55,483 nucleotides of DNA, filler included, from Circinaria calcarea (GCA_051942165.1; 3 parts of 3 records of this genome joined end to end with filler, not necessarily neighbours in it), one strand, 5' to 3'; positions 23,589 through 37,086 are shown, counted from the whole stretch's first letter. The notes: generated by a model not told the origin, from the letters alone. Translations and numbers: made by a program.

Positions 23589-26500
23589 TCAATCAGAATC
23601 ATCGGACAGGACTCCCGCCAGCTCAAGTAGCCGGTCGGTGGCTGCCTGGTAAGTTGGATTGCCGAGAAGTTCCTCTATGCCCTGGTCCAATACGGCCGGG
23701 GGGGGCTGGGTATCTTCTTCCAGGGAACGTATGAAATCCCTGTGATCCTCTGTACTTATCAAGAGGTTGTCGGCTTCTATCTTAGCAAAAAGAGCCTCGA
23801 GCTCGTTTGCTTGTGCTTCGAAATCAGGGACTTCCGCCACATTGTTATCGGCTGTACTGGTCTCGTCCAGCACCATGTGGTCGCCGTCTGTAACGTCTTT
23901 GTCTAAAGACGACGGTCTCTCTTCCTCGTCCAACATCATTGAATCTCGAGCCTGCTGGTCTTCCCATGACGACTGCTCGTTTTTGGGCATCGGTTTCAAG
24001 TCACGAGTATCTTGACTACTCGGTTTGACTTTCGCCGTTCCTTTGTCGGCGACCCCTGAGAACATTAGCATCCGGAGAATGAGACTGAAGATCTAGAACG
24101 TACGTTTCGTCTTCCGCGAACGAGGTTGTAGCTTTACCCTTCCACGAAGGGCTTCCGTTCGAGCCTGCTCGAACGCCTCGCTCTGCGGTTCTACCTTGAC
24201 CGGAGAACAAACCTCACCATCTGGTGATGGTGACTGGACAAAGGTGTCGCTCCGTTTGCTGTCGCTGCAGTTTAGCTGGGCCAACTGACCCTCAAGCTGG
24301 GCAACTTTCTGTTGAAGGTTGGAGTTTTCTAGCTCCGACTCTTTCATGTTCTTCTCCAAATTGCCGAAGGCTTCTTTCGTCTTTACAATTTCGTTGGAAG
24401 CGACCTCCAACTCATCCACTAACTTCAATGTCTTCTTTTCAACTTGGACAGAAGCTGCAGCTTCCATCTTATTGTCGTTTTCAACAGAAGACTTATCTCG
24501 TTCATCTTTGACTTTGCGGAGTTGTTCTTCAAGCTTCTTGTAGTTCTGTACGAGCTCTTCGTTAGCTTGCTGAAGCTTTCTCTTTTCCCTCTTGAGCATA
24601 TGGTTTTCAACTACCAACTCAGTGGAAGATGTCTGCGGTCCCTGTCCTACGGTCTTACCGGCGCCTTCAGAAGGAGAGACGACGTTGGCTTTAGCTATGT
24701 ATTGAGCGACGGTTGAGCCACGTTGCGCATGCTGGGTAGGAGGTAGCTGCTTTTTAAGCTCTCCATTGGTCCTCAAAAGCGCTTCCTTCTCTCTACTTAG
24801 AGCATCAAGTTCCTTCTTCATCGTCTCGACCGTGTTCATGTAAGTAGCATTAGTGTGCGCGTACCCGTTACACTGGTCTTCGCGTGCTTTCAACTCCCCT
24901 TCTAATGTTGTGATCTTCTGCCTTGTTTCGAGTAGGGATGAGGTATGATCATTAGCGTTACGTTGAACAGTGGTAAGTTCCTCCTTTAGCCTAATCATCT
25001 CGACGTCCTTATCTGTTTGACTGCTGGTCTCCTGGCAAGAGTCATCTAGCAATGTCTTCAGTCTGGAAATTTCTTTATCCTTTTCGACAATTCTTAATCC
25101 ATCTTGCGTTTGTGATGTTGTCCGGTTAGCTTCTTCAAGGGATTTTTTCACTTCTGCTAACTGTTCTACGGCCTTGTTGCGATCGTTCTCAATACAAGCG
25201 ACCTTTGACACGGAAGCACTCAACTGGGAAGCCAAGCTATCCTTCATGGCTCGCGAGTTTGCAAGATCTTCTTTCGCCCCATTCAGCTCGTTTTTGCTTT
25301 CGTTGAGCTTCTGTTTGACTTCATCGAGTTCTTGTTTGAGTTCAACCTTCTTCTGTTTGACTTCATCGAGTTCCTGTTTGATTTCAACCTTCTTCTGTTT
25401 GATTTCATCCAGCTCATTTCTCACTCCGTTCAGCTCCTTATTCGCGCTAGCCAGCTCGTTGTGCAGTTTGGTGTTTTGACTATGCACAGTTCTGCCAGAC
25501 TCTTTTGCACGGTTCAGCTCCGTGTTCAAGGACCGGATTTTGTTGTCTGCAGTGGCGGCCCTTGTCTCAGCCTTTTCGGCCTTCTTCTTCAACGTCTCAA
25601 CTTCCTTCCGGAGTAGATCACGAGCAGCTTCCAAACCCTCCATCTGTTCAAATAAGGTGTCCCCATTCCTCTCAAGCTGTTTGATTTTCTCAATAAGAGT
25701 TGTGTTCTCCTCGTTAGTCCTGTCGATCAATCTGTGGGCGCCGTCGACAAGCTGTTTCATGCCCTCGATCTCGAGTTTCTGATTTCTAACAATCTTGAGA
25801 CTCTCTTCATGACGTTCGTTGGTCATTTTGGTTTTGTTTCGCATCTCTTCTATGTGGTTTTCGTGTGATTTCTCCCGACGGTCGAGCTCATCCTGTAAAG
25901 AGGTTACGTGTTGGCAGCTCTCTTCGGCTTTCTTCTTCGAGTCTATTGCAGCTTGAACGGCCTCGGCAGCTTCTCTTTGATTAAGCTCAATCTCCTGTTT
26001 CAAAATCTCTTCCCGGTCTCTCCACTCTCCTTGCCTTTGCTCAGCTGTGTTGTTTGACAGTGATAGGTCTTCATGTTTTCTTTCGAGCGCCAGTTCCAAA
26101 TCCTTTTGGCGGTTCTGTAATTCGATCTTTTCATCGACAAGTACGTTGACAGCGTTTGCCATCTCCAGGAGTTTCTTCGTGTACCAACCAATCTTCTTTT
26201 CATCTTGCGTCAGACCTTTGGAACCTTGTGCCATGTGTGAGGCTGTGACCGCAGCGACCGCAGCGTTAAAGTCTATGTCTACAGACGAAAGTGGAGATTG
26301 GCCTTGGACAACAGTCTCACCCTCGTCTCTAGGAACCTTGACGGTCTTTGTCGTAGTGCTTTTTGATCGATTGATGCATACGAAACATAGCCCAAAGACA
26401 ACTGTTGCAAGTAGTAAGAAGACGGTAGCAGCAGGGTAGGTCCACGCAGAAAAGGATTCTGGCACTAGATTGGGTGCTCCGACATCAAGGTATTGTGTTA

Positions 26501-26669
26501 CTGATGGCTCATAGAGTGGTGATGCACTTGCTTCGGTCGTATGAACGGTCGTCACTGGCTTCTGTGTCTCGGGGACAGCGTTCTTCGATGAGGCAAGAAA
26601 CCGTTTCTCGTACCATGTCGACGCCACTGACAAAACCAGGTAGAGAGACAGCTGGATAGAAGAATGCAT
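23589..26669 (-). CDS. Uncharacterised membrane-anchored long coiled-coil protein, about 1010 aa
   Basis: First ATG at 26669 (MHSSIQLSLYLVLSVAST, signal-like), TM segment ATVFLLLATVVFGLCFVCI, roughly 600 aa of E/K/Q/L heptads. The 48-nt intron 24103-24056 (GTACGT..GCTAAT..CAG) joins ORF 24093-26855 in frame to acidic ORF 23589-24071. Confidence 0.8.
25308..25415 (-). repeat. Coding 42-bp tandem repeat x2.6 (ELDE[IV]KQKKVE[IL]KQ), two heptads per unit
   Basis: Units start at 25308, 25350 and 25392 on the + strand and are nearly identical at DNA level. Confidence 0.9.
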
Positions 26670-28124
26670 TGTGTGGTTGCTGGCGAACTTCAGCGGAAGA
26701 ACTAGGTGAAGATTCGTGTTTGGATTTGAATAGTGGACTGGTAGGAAGGAGTTTGTAGTGTTTGTAAGAGTCTTGGAAGATTGGAACTGTAGAAGTGCTT
26801 GTTGTGGGTAACAGGAAAGATGGTGAGTTGTGGATGAAAAAGGTGAAGAGTGCAAGATGCAAGATGCAAGAAGATGTAGTAGTCGGAGTGTTAGGGAAAT
26901 GGAGTGGCTGGTAATCTTAGAGTTTGTTATTCACGCAAAAGCTGTCAACACCTAGGTGATGAGTCACGCTAACATATTCACTCTACAATATGACACAACA
27001 CATGCCAACATAAAACTAGCTCGGTTTCTCCTTCGCATAGCGAGTGGGCAGGGCTGGCTTCGCCAAATAGGAGATATACAAACCCTCCATAATGCATGTA
27101 TTGATTGATTATTGCCCACAGCTACATTGTGGCTTGTAGAGTGGTATTTGGATTCTTCATTGTTGTAAGATAGGCTGCAAATATGTCTCAAAGACGTGTC
27201 ACCTACCTATTAATCACTGTAGTTAGATGGTCCTAACTCTTTTACCTTCATATCTGACATTGCATCCCAGCGTACGAGACCAGCTCCAGGCCATTGCCTG
27301 GGCCTGACACGAGTCTTTCTATTACTAAATTGAGTGCAAGGGCACCTTCCACCAAGGCTGTCGACCAACGCAACTCCCAAAGCGCGGCTACACCGCTGAA
27401 CATAAGAACGCTTCACTTCAACAGGAGAACAATTCGGAGGTTGCACTACTATCCCATGAGACGGATATAGATCTGATGTTGTAAAAGTAATGTACAGTTA
27501 TGACACAGGCCGTATTTTAAGAAAGTGGGATCATTGGCCCATGACGAATGCTTTTTATTCCACGCCGTTATTGCAAACCTAGACCGATGCGCGATGCAAT
27601 AGGATGAACAGAAGACGGTCAAGTTACGCTCAAGAGCTGGGTACAAAGGTTACAATGAGATGCTAGGAGATAGACTTATTCTTTTGGGATGTCGACGTCG
27701 GACAGATCTACTTGGGGACAGAGGCTTAGACATAGCTTACTGGACCGATCGCTGGGGTTATGATCAAGCCTTCATGGGCAAAATTATGTATTATACCTTC
27801 AAGAATGATCACAGCTCCACAGCCAATGTCATACCTATTGCTCATCGTTGAGGTTGTCCCATTGTTTTCAATGCTGTTGAACTAGCTGCGCGGTAAAAAG
27901 CGCGATATCCGCCAGCCTTACGGAGTACCTTTAGCAACAGTGGTCATCCAAACAACCTTAATATACCAAGCACATTACACACAGCTGGTCTATTCAATGC
28001 CAATATATTACCACACCAAGCAACTGCCTCAAGGAAATAACCTTCAAATTGCGAGATGCACGGCATTTCCTTCAGTCCCGCCACGGAGTGGATTCCTCAA
28101 CAACTCCGATCCATACCATGAGCG

Positions 28125-29231
28125 CTACACAAAAGTAGCGAGGCCACTACTTATCACCGTCTCCATATTAGCCCCCTGCACTTTGTTTTTTACGATCTTC
28201 CAGCCACCTCCCGCGCACGGGTCAGGAATTTTCTTTGACTTCTTCGTTCTCTTCTTTCCGGACCCCTCCATGTCTATCTCCAACAAACTGTACAGGTCCT
28301 CCGAGAAACCTATGATATCCACACAAGGCAGATAGCTTTGCTTCTGATGGCCGAGGTTTTCGATGCTGTAAGCTACTAGGCGCGTAAAGAATTGGCGAGG
28401 GAGCGAGCCGTTCCTGGAATACCGATAAACGTCTTCGATGACTTTGATCAAAAAGTCAGGCGTCACGAGCGGCCTTTCCATACGCACGATGCGTCGTATA
28501 ACGTGTATCAGGGATTCTTGCAAAGTCGAGAACTCGAGGCTCTCGGCGAGAAGGAGGAGATAAAGATACGGTAATATAGACGCTGGACTACCTTTCCACT
28601 TGGACGATGACTTGGGTACTCGATCATGGTATAGCCAGTAAGTGATATCAGTGAAGGCTTCGGCCGAGGTCGTCCTTAAATAAATGCAACTTCTACACCG
28701 CTTGTCCAGGGTCATGGATTTCAGTAATCTCGACTTCGTTGCGAAGACCCCTTCATGTAGATGGAAGACAGACTCATTGGGGCCAACATAGAACGTGAAC
28801 ATGCGGCCTTCCATCAAGCTAAGAACAGACTCTTAGTATGCTCGTTTATCATCGTTTAGCCAGCGAGCAATGGTCCATCACTTACCGGCTCCAATGTGAA
28901 TTCTCAGGATTGACGAGACTGGTTCGAACAGCAGTATTGACTTTGCTTGTCGTTGACACTGAGACTTGCAGCTTCTCGGCGTTCTCAGCTTGTCTGTCCT
29001 CTTCAAAGTCAATTAGGTTCACCGATTGCTTGCGTACAACGCCATTTTTTTGATTGCCGGACTTGGCTGAGATAGAGAACTTAATCGCTTCAGTTTGACT
29101 CTGCTCATCAATGTCCAGGTCGATCAGGTTGACCATCTTCGCAAGCTGGCTGTGTGACTCTCTACGTCAGGTAAAAACCTTAAAAAGGGTGATCCTGGCC
29201 ACACTTACACGTGGGGCTTCGCCAAATACAT
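28125..29231 (-). CDS. BTB/POZ-domain protein
   Basis: Exon ending at 28886 is joined by intron 28885-28819 to exon 28818-28125. A probable first exon 29231-29209 (GTAAGT donor) is in frame with ATG 29136. Fungal BTB pattern FTFYVGPNESVFHLHEGVFATKSRLL...IYL...AF..I..WLY...LYLLLLAESLEFSTLQ. Confidence 0.75.
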
Positions 29232-29806
29232 GGCAGTAGGTGACAGGTCTTTGTTAGGGCAGCCAGTCTCCAAGAGCATTGATGGTGTCAAAATAGCATC
29301 CTTAATACAGGTTTGAGTCTGCACGGTATTTCACTTAGGGTATCCTTTTTACAGTGCGGTTCGTACTAGATCGTTTATTGGCTTACTACAATTGCAGTAG
29401 ACATCTCTTGCGCTTGGTAGGACTGAAGAGTGGAGTAGGGTAAGCGCAGCTAAGAGAAGATAACGTAACTTGACATCACAACGAGCTTTTCCTCATGGTT
29501 AATGGCAACGTGTGACACCTGTAGGTGAATGTGGGCCAATGAAAGAGGAAATGGTGGTAATGGTTGCTCTTTGTGTAAGGTGTACACTAGGTCTAGCGAC
29601 TCGCATTTTCCATGCAACAGTACAGTTCCTGCATTAACGAGAACCTTTGGCAAGGCCTGTCCACGGCGTGCACTGATCCTAGATGAATACTAACATGTCT
29701 GCATAGCTACCGTGATGGCACGAGATAGAAACCTCGCTCGCGTATGAGAAAAGATAAGACCAATCCCATGGCTATATCATTCTTCCTGACGCTTAATCTG
29801 TTCTCC

Positions 29807-32512
29807 TTACCGCGAGGAGAGAAACTGCAAACATATTAGCCCCTAGTGAAAGAAACTAATATTAGTCCAGCTTACTTGTTTTGCCTCTTCCTCGGTGAGA
29901 TCTGACTGTGGTGATGCCTTTTTGTCAATGAGTCCCAATCTGGTTTTCCGGATTTCCCACCACATCTCCCTTCGATCACCACCTAACTCTTCCGCTAACA
30001 GTTTCCGCTTCAACCCGGTGATGAACTTGTTGTAGATGCCTGGCTCTTCCATTTCAATTAGCTCTTCTCTAAGAACGCGCAATTCTTCCAAGGCCGGTCC
30101 GTAACCATTGTCTCCAAAGCTGTCCTGAATCTGGGCTTCTATGATACTTGAGAGCTGGTTTGCCGCATCCTGAATGGCGTTCGGGTCTTCTGCATTATCT
30201 AACATTTGTCGAAAATCAGGAATGGCGTTATCTCTAGAAATCTTGACTTTTTTCTTGCGTCCGAGCAGTTCATCAACATTAAGCCCTGACATAGGCTTCA
30301 CTTGGTCCCGGTTTTTCTTCCTGCCCTTCAACTTCGGAGGGACTGCGTCTTATTAGCGATGCCCTGCCAGTCGATTTGGAACTGGTCTTACCTTTCTTGA
30401 CATCTGCTACAGCAACCACCTTTTCGAGATCCCGTCTTGCGTTACGTTGCAGTTCCTCTGGTGGCTTAGAGTGTTTTGTAAGAATATCATAAGGTGGAGG
30501 TATAGGCTCGCCAGGGTATACTGCTCTCCATCGAACGGCTTGGTCAATGCGATGTAAGACGGGAGAGAAGGTGTCAGTCATCTTCATATACTCCGTTGGA
30601 TTGCTAGTCTTCTTTAGTAATGTCATCCTTCGAACAACCTAAAGCTCAGCTTACCCCTCGTCATCTCTTGCAAAGGTAGACAAATCCATATGATCAACGT
30701 AGTCGCTCATTGCTGAACTCAGTGCCTTCCCTGGTAGGTTTCGATGTTCCTTCAGAACTTTACCAGATACCGTGATGACCCGGTCGAGCGGAGGAAATTT
30801 GTAGGATCGGACGTCTTCTGCAAAGGGCAGTTGAACATCGAGAAGACATTCATAGTCGACCTCTATTGAAGGAGCAAGTAGCACTAAAATGGGCGGCTTG
30901 TCATCCTTTGTGACCAATCTTCCAATAGCGAAGGACTCGAGCTCAAATAAGGCGTGTATCAAAGAGGACAGTGCCATGATTGCTTTGTTGTTGGTCCTTT
31001 GCGCGATGATTACGCATGAAACTGACATGTTCATGTATCGTTCATACTGCTAATGATCAGTTGACGGTGACCTCGCTTCTTAAAAGTGAAGGCCTTACAT
31101 TCGCCCAAGGAATGAAACCGAGGATCTCGAGAGCGGCTTGCGTGTCAAGTTTCGTAACGTTTAGGTCCGATTCGCTAATGTGAACAGCCGTTCTTCCATA
31201 CTCATAACCTTTTGCTAGATCATCCTGTCCCACATCACGCTTTCCACCTGCCGCATTCTCATCCGTTACTTGATAGGTCCGGGAATTTCTCACCGCTGTT
31301 AGGCCATTCGGATTCGATGCAGATGGTCCGGCCTCTAGGCCATTCCCGTCAGGGAGTATCGTAGCAGAAGACTGGGTGCTGTCGTGTCCATTCGAAACAT
31401 CCGAACGTTGAACGAACTGGCTTGCTGAAGGTGCTCTCCTGATGAAAGTCCGGGGATACCTCTCCACATCAATGCACATTGCCGTATCGTATTGAATGGG
31501 GTCACCTAGCGTAAGCTGACCTTTGTAGGAAGGTACAGGTCTTGTAGATTTCAGCCTTGGTATCCCAAGCTCCTCAACAGCTTGCGCCAATGTACCAAAG
31601 ACTCCGCTACAATCATCAACGAGAGCCTTCAGTGTGCCTTCGTTCTTTGCCTAAGTCAATCTGTGAGTGATGTGACGGTAGGCCACAAGGGAATTGGCAG
31701 TTGAACCTTCTGGGGATTCTTGTCCTCTTCTTTAAAGCCATACTCCGGGTCGTCGAAGTCGACGCCTCTTGATGATATTAGCAAACCCTCTTTGAAGTCT
31801 CCACTTTGACGAACATGACTACAAGCTCAATAGCATCCTCCATAATCTTTTTCGTAATCTCGGAATTGTCATCACCATCAATCGCCCCACTGCCGTTAGT
31901 CACGAGTACTATTCTCCGGCGATACTTGAGCTTTTTGCAGTATCTCTCAATCATCTGAATAGCAACGACAATTGCAGAAATAGCTGGCATGGTAATTAGG
32001 GTCTGCTTCTTAGTAAGATACGCGAGCTCTCATACCGTCGCCCTCATCGGTGTTGCTCAATTGAATCACTTGTCGTAGGCGTTGTAGGTCGGGTAATAAT
32101 ATTCTTCCAAGCCTTGTTAAGTAGACCACCCTAATGGTGGCGCGGAGCTTTGCAGACTAACTGAGCTATCTCTTGCTTTACAGATATATGATGAAAGGCC
32201 GCCTCGCTACTAAGCTCATTGGTTGTTCCTGGGAGTAATGAAAAGTTGTAGGTAGGCGATGGTTGAGACTTAACGTACCATCTGTCCGAAGCCCAATTAC
32301 TCCCAGAGTAGTGGTCTTTCGCTCAGTAGCTACCTTTGATTATCAGCACCCAATGAGCAGGAAGTAAGATCTTTCGCACATACCGTACTAGTAATCTTGT
32401 CCCACACATAAGTCATCGCCCATTCAAAATCCGTCTGTACTCTTCCAATGTGCTTCTTCCCCATAGACGAGCCAACGTCCACTATATAAACGGTTGCCTC
32501 CTTGTCGGCCAT
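29807..32512 (-). CDS. KU80: Ku80, ATP-dependent DNA helicase II subunit 2 (NHEJ)
   Basis: About 11 exons. N-terminus [18 protein letters not shown] (vWA), [52 protein letters not shown]-terminal domain [14 protein letters not shown]; ends FLSSR* (29807-29809). Confidence 0.96.
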
Positions 32513-32803
32513 AATATAATCAAGCTTGCAACAAAATGAATGAGCCTTTCCCAACTGTACCTAAATTTCTTTTTAACCCTATTTCAGCAGGCAGAAGGCA
32601 AACAACAGGCTAGGGTACGCGCTTTTCGCGCTATTCCCAAACTAAGAGGCGGATCTGCTAAGCGAGAGGCTATGGTAGCGGAGCGCAGCCACGTGATGAG
32701 TTCCCGTCGTCATCGTTTTTACCTTCCTGTCAATAATTGTGTTTCTATGGTCGGTATGAAAGCTGGTTGACGTCCATCTGATACTCTACAATTAGCATCC
32801 ACG
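32513..32803. promoter_or_regulatory. Short bidirectional promoter between KU80 and the TMEM205-like gene, with MCB/SCB-like and E-box motifs
   Basis: 291 bp separate the divergent ATGs. ACGCG at 32617-32621, TTTTCGCG (CGCGAAAA) at 32623-32630, CACGTG at 32690-32695. Confidence 0.5.
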
Positions 32804-33525
32804 ATGCCAGACCTATCGATACTCGCCAGTCTGGCTCCATATCATGTTATCAGGTACGCAGACTATCTCATAATGTCAAAATTAAAGGCAGCAGTTGACA
32901 AATCACATAGTTACGGGACTCTACTCGGGACCGAGTTCTTTCAAGTGAGTTCTATTGCCTAGTATCTATTCGCTCCCACACTGAGCATTATAAGTCCTTC
33001 ATCGGCGGCATCGTGGCATACAAAGCACTCCCCCGCCCTCAGTTCGCGTCGCTCCAACAAGCCATCTTCCCAGTATACTTCTCCCTTCAAACCGCCCTCC
33101 CCGTGATTCTGGCCCTTACCTACCCTGGAGAGAAGTCTTACCTGATCTCGAGCCCTACACCCTCGGGCTTAGGAGGCTTCCTGGCGGAGAAGAATCGGAT
33201 AAATGTTCTGGTACCGCTCGTGACCATTTTCGCGAGTAGTCTGGCGAATCTACTTGTGATAGGACCCGCAACCACGAAGATAATGAGGGACAGGAAACAC
33301 CAGGGTAAGACAGATCAACTTTAGATGGGCCCAGCATAGACTAAGGTGGCCACCATAGAAACCCGAGATGGCAAGAAAAGCTATGACAACCCCCCACATT
33401 CAAAGGAGATGATGAAGATGAACAAGTCCTTTGCAAGGATGCACGGAGTTTCCTCGCTGCTCAATCTTACGGGCTTGTTGGCGACGATGTGGTACGGGGT
33501 CACATTGGCAGAGAGGCTGCAATAA
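32804..33525 (+). CDS. TMEM205/DUF4149-family small membrane protein
   Basis: Exons 32804-32853, 32911-32944, 32995-33304, 33359-33525. Product contains PYHVISYGTLLGTEFFQSFIGGIVAYKALPRPQFASLQQAIFPVYF...KHQETRDGKKSYD...FARMHGVSSLLNL. Confidence 0.88.
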
Positions 33526-35294
33526 GTCCATCTGATATACCGGGAAGGTGCTAATCTAGAAGTGTTTGTATGGTGGAATTCCTAGTCGTCTAGACAGCTG
33601 GATTGATAGCATTAATCGCTTTTAGTGGCGCCCAACGATCCTTCTCGACAATTACGGTCGTATAGCTTATGTTGATATGTCTATCTGGTGCTCCCTACTC
33701 CCTCGGTCTCTCCCGATCATGACCACTAACCGCCCGTGAACGTTTCTCGCCACGCACATAGACCATGATTAAGCCTCAAATCGGTTAGATTGATCGTCGG
33801 GCTAGGTTCCTCGCCATGTTTTATTTTAATCGCTTCCATGCCGGACACATGGAATTTACTGTGGTCGCAGGGGAAATAAATCATATTAGGCTTGGTAAAA
33901 CAAGGTATATTTTGTATGTAGTGACCAATCAAGTCCCGGTATTTGCAGATCGTACTATGAATTATTTCCCATCCGACCGTAGTAATTGAAATTTATCCCC
34001 CAACTCGGAGCCGATCTCAATGTGGGCCAATCATAAGCATCACGGCTGTTTCCATACATGAAAATAGCGTTCCCGAGTGTCTTGCATCAAGGAAGGGTTC
34101 GTCCAAAGTAAATCATGCTGCGGAACAAGAGCTCTCTCCACACGTTCCCACTCCTTACCCATGTCGAGCCCACGGTATTCGTCCCGTTCTGCCAAGATAG
34201 CGAGAATGGCGAGAATGGCGCAGGTTGCTGATGTTAGCGTTGTCCGACTCCCCAGGATATGGCCGTTCAGACTCCGGCCTGGATCTGCAGAGTCAATCGC
34301 CTTTGTTCCAAAAGCGGCAGCGCACACGTTGATCCTCTACAAGGGAGTATCAAGACATGATCTGTGATCCACAAACTTTTGGTGGGGTCCGGAGGTCGGA
34401 GTTCCTCTTAAACCGCTTTGAGCGCCATCCATCCTAGCCAGAAATCCATATTGCCTACTTCACTCAGGTACGGGAAGGAGATACCAAGGGTGCATCGGAT
34501 TCACGGGGGACGGCCCTATCGTGTAGCTAGAGCTCTGCGATGGAGTAGCATCAAAGAAGCCCGACCGTAGCCTCGAGGACGGGGAGAGTCGAAGGTAAGT
34601 GGTAGATAATCTTTACGAAGCCAAGTCATGTGTGCCAGATCCTACCGTTTAGTTTGTTTTTTCGGAGGGCGTGACGATTGCCCCATCTCAGGCGACTCTA
34701 CTTCTACATTGGCGAGTAGCAGTAATTCGAAGTGGGGAGTGGGGAAAGGGCCAGATGATCGGTGTATTCCACTTTTAGCTTCCCTCTCTTCCACCAACTT
34801 TACCTGCATGAAAATAATCTTTTTTCTGCTCGCCAGAGACCATCCCCCATAATTGACCACCCGGCAGCAATGATCTCTTCGACGTAGATTCCGCTTTGGT
34901 TGGTGGGCTTGTCGTGTATGCAGATTTGCCAGGATTTTCCACTTCAGCTGCAAAGCCTCCAGTGCGCCGGGCGGCTGAGTCCTGTCCTCCCTCACCAAAG
35001 AGGCACGGGTTTTCCAACGTCGGACCTGTATTCACTCCATCAACAAACTCCATTCACACCTTATCCTTTCATGTTCCGGGGCATTTCTTTCATCCAGCCA
35101 CTCGTTCCATCTACCTTGATCGAGGATATTAATAATAATACCGCCATAACTGAAGACGGCACGACCAAAGAGAGATTCAGTCCCTGTACTTGGTAGGATT
35201 ATCCGGTCTCTCGCCAAACATTGTTGTCCTCGACGGGTCTCTTGATCTTGGCTTACTACAACTTGCCAATGATCAAGAGGCTACCACTTACACC

Positions 35295-36758
35295 ATGACG
35301 TCTTCGAAGGTAGCGGAAATCCCCAGTGCCATGGGCGAAAACGGCTAATCCAAAAGCAAGGACCATACACATCGCCCATCCAGCCAGCACCGGGCTCCAA
35401 CGCACTCAACCCCTTCCCTGGCCGTCCCTGGCCGTCATGCCATTTCTCGAAACCATTCACATTCAGTATCCCTTGGTACCCTCAATCCCACCCATCGGGT
35501 CACCAGACGTAAGAGTGTGAGTTCCACGGCTGCAAACAACATCGCAGTGATGGCAGCTGCAGTTCAAGGCATGGCCGATACCACTTTGGGTACTATTGGA
35601 CTCCCAGATCGCCTTTCAACCAAGAATAACAAGGACACTCGAATCGGAGAACCCATAGCCACAGGGCGACCATACACTGCGGACCCCGGGTCCATTTCTA
35701 GTACAAGGTTCCATAACATGGACGATGATATGGACCAAGGGGTTCAAGATCCAGTTGGGAATATTGCAGTTATCAGGGAGCTACCATCTGTCGTCAACCT
35801 AGGAAATGCAACGAAAAACCGGGGCCGACGAGCAAGTGAAGGAGCTTCCCTTACAAAATTTGATAGCAAACGCACCAGTGGCGAACTGAAATGTGAAAAG
35901 TGCGGGAAATTTTACAAACACCGAAGTTGCCTGGCAAAACACCTATGGGAACATACTCCAGAGTGGTCATACACCTCAAAGCTCCTCATTTCGAAACACC
36001 AACAGGTTCAACTTCTCGAAGCTGCTTCGGTCCTTGTTACAATGAACCAAGACTCATCGGTACCACCTGATTCTGTCAAGGCCAGCGATAGCGACGATTC
36101 TCCTGCATCGCCAGCCGCGTCGGGCTATTCGGAGATTCAAGATGATGACACCAGCTCGGTGGAGACCAGCCCCCCACCACTGAGCGAAAACGCCTATATG
36201 CCCGAAAACTCGGAAATTCGCGAGTCAAAACGTTATAGTAGCAATAGCTCAACCTTCTCTAGATCCTATCAATCTATTCCGTCCGGATCCGTCGCTGCAA
36301 GTAGCATGCCAACTACAGCTTCCTATGGAAGTTACCGTCATGGAGGATATCAACGTCGTCCATCTACGTCTGGAGTGGGAACAACTGGGCCTAGTGCATT
36401 TGACGATGAGGCTGGTCTAGCTGCTGCGGTTGAGTTATGTAACTTCGGAACCCCGAGGACAGGCCCCATCCAGTTACCTCCAGATATTCCTCCAGTACCG
36501 CCGCTTCCGGAGCGTTATCAGTCGCACAATGCAAAACTACCAATATCAAGTATAGATTACCCAGTCTATCAACAAGACTTGGGCCACCCTCCACCCTTGA
36601 CTCATCGCCTCTCTGATGAGCGAGACGTGAGGATGTACCAAAGCCATGTGGGCCATGTCAGGCACGTTGATGAAGAAGATGACTTTGATCAAATGTCTGT
36701 ATCTCGTGGCCGCAGCGATGAAGATGATGACGGCGTCTTCGGCAGAATGGAGGAGTAA
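35295..36758 (+). CDS. C2H2 zinc-finger protein (putative transcription factor)
   Basis: Exon 35295-35309 (MTSSK), intron 35310-35360, then an open frame to 36758. Single finger CEKCGKFYKHRSCLAKHLWEH followed by the block TPEWSYTSKLLISKHQQVQLLEAASVLV; PKA-like sites RRKS, RRAS, RRPS. Confidence 0.85.
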
Positions 36759-36986
36759 TTACCCGGTGTGCCACAGACTTCCATTTTACAAAGGCTTGAC
36801 CTCGGCACGCAGTGGTAGGCTATCCCTAGACTACCCTGATCTTTCTATGCTTGCTGTCTTCCCGAGGGTGCTTCTAGTCTCCGCAATGATCTCTATCACC
36901 GAAGAGTAGGGTTCCTATTCAGTCCTACGAGGTTAAAGTGGAGATCTCTTTCGAGCGTTGAGCGGACACCTTGACGATTGATTTTC

Positions 36987-37086
36987 NNNNNNNNNNNNNN
37001 NNNNNNNNNNNNNNNNNNNNNNNNNNNNNNTTAATTAATTAANNNNNNNNNNNNNNNNNNNNNNNNNNNNNNNNNNNNNNNNNNNN
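36987..37086. other. Artificial contig/scaffold spacer with six-frame stop linker
   Basis: 44 N + TTAATTAATTAA (37031-37042) + 44 N. Confidence 0.97.

Noticed and set aside
26670..26855. N-terminal 62 aa of the 920-aa ORF in the track
   Set aside because: It starts at TTG. The first ATG at 26669 gives a signal-like N-terminus, so the upstream part is likely 5' UTR.
33526..35294. Short ORFs and isolated splice-like motifs upstream of the C2H2 gene
   Set aside because: No coherent exon chain or protein similarity; most simply a long regulatory region typical of transcription-factor genes.
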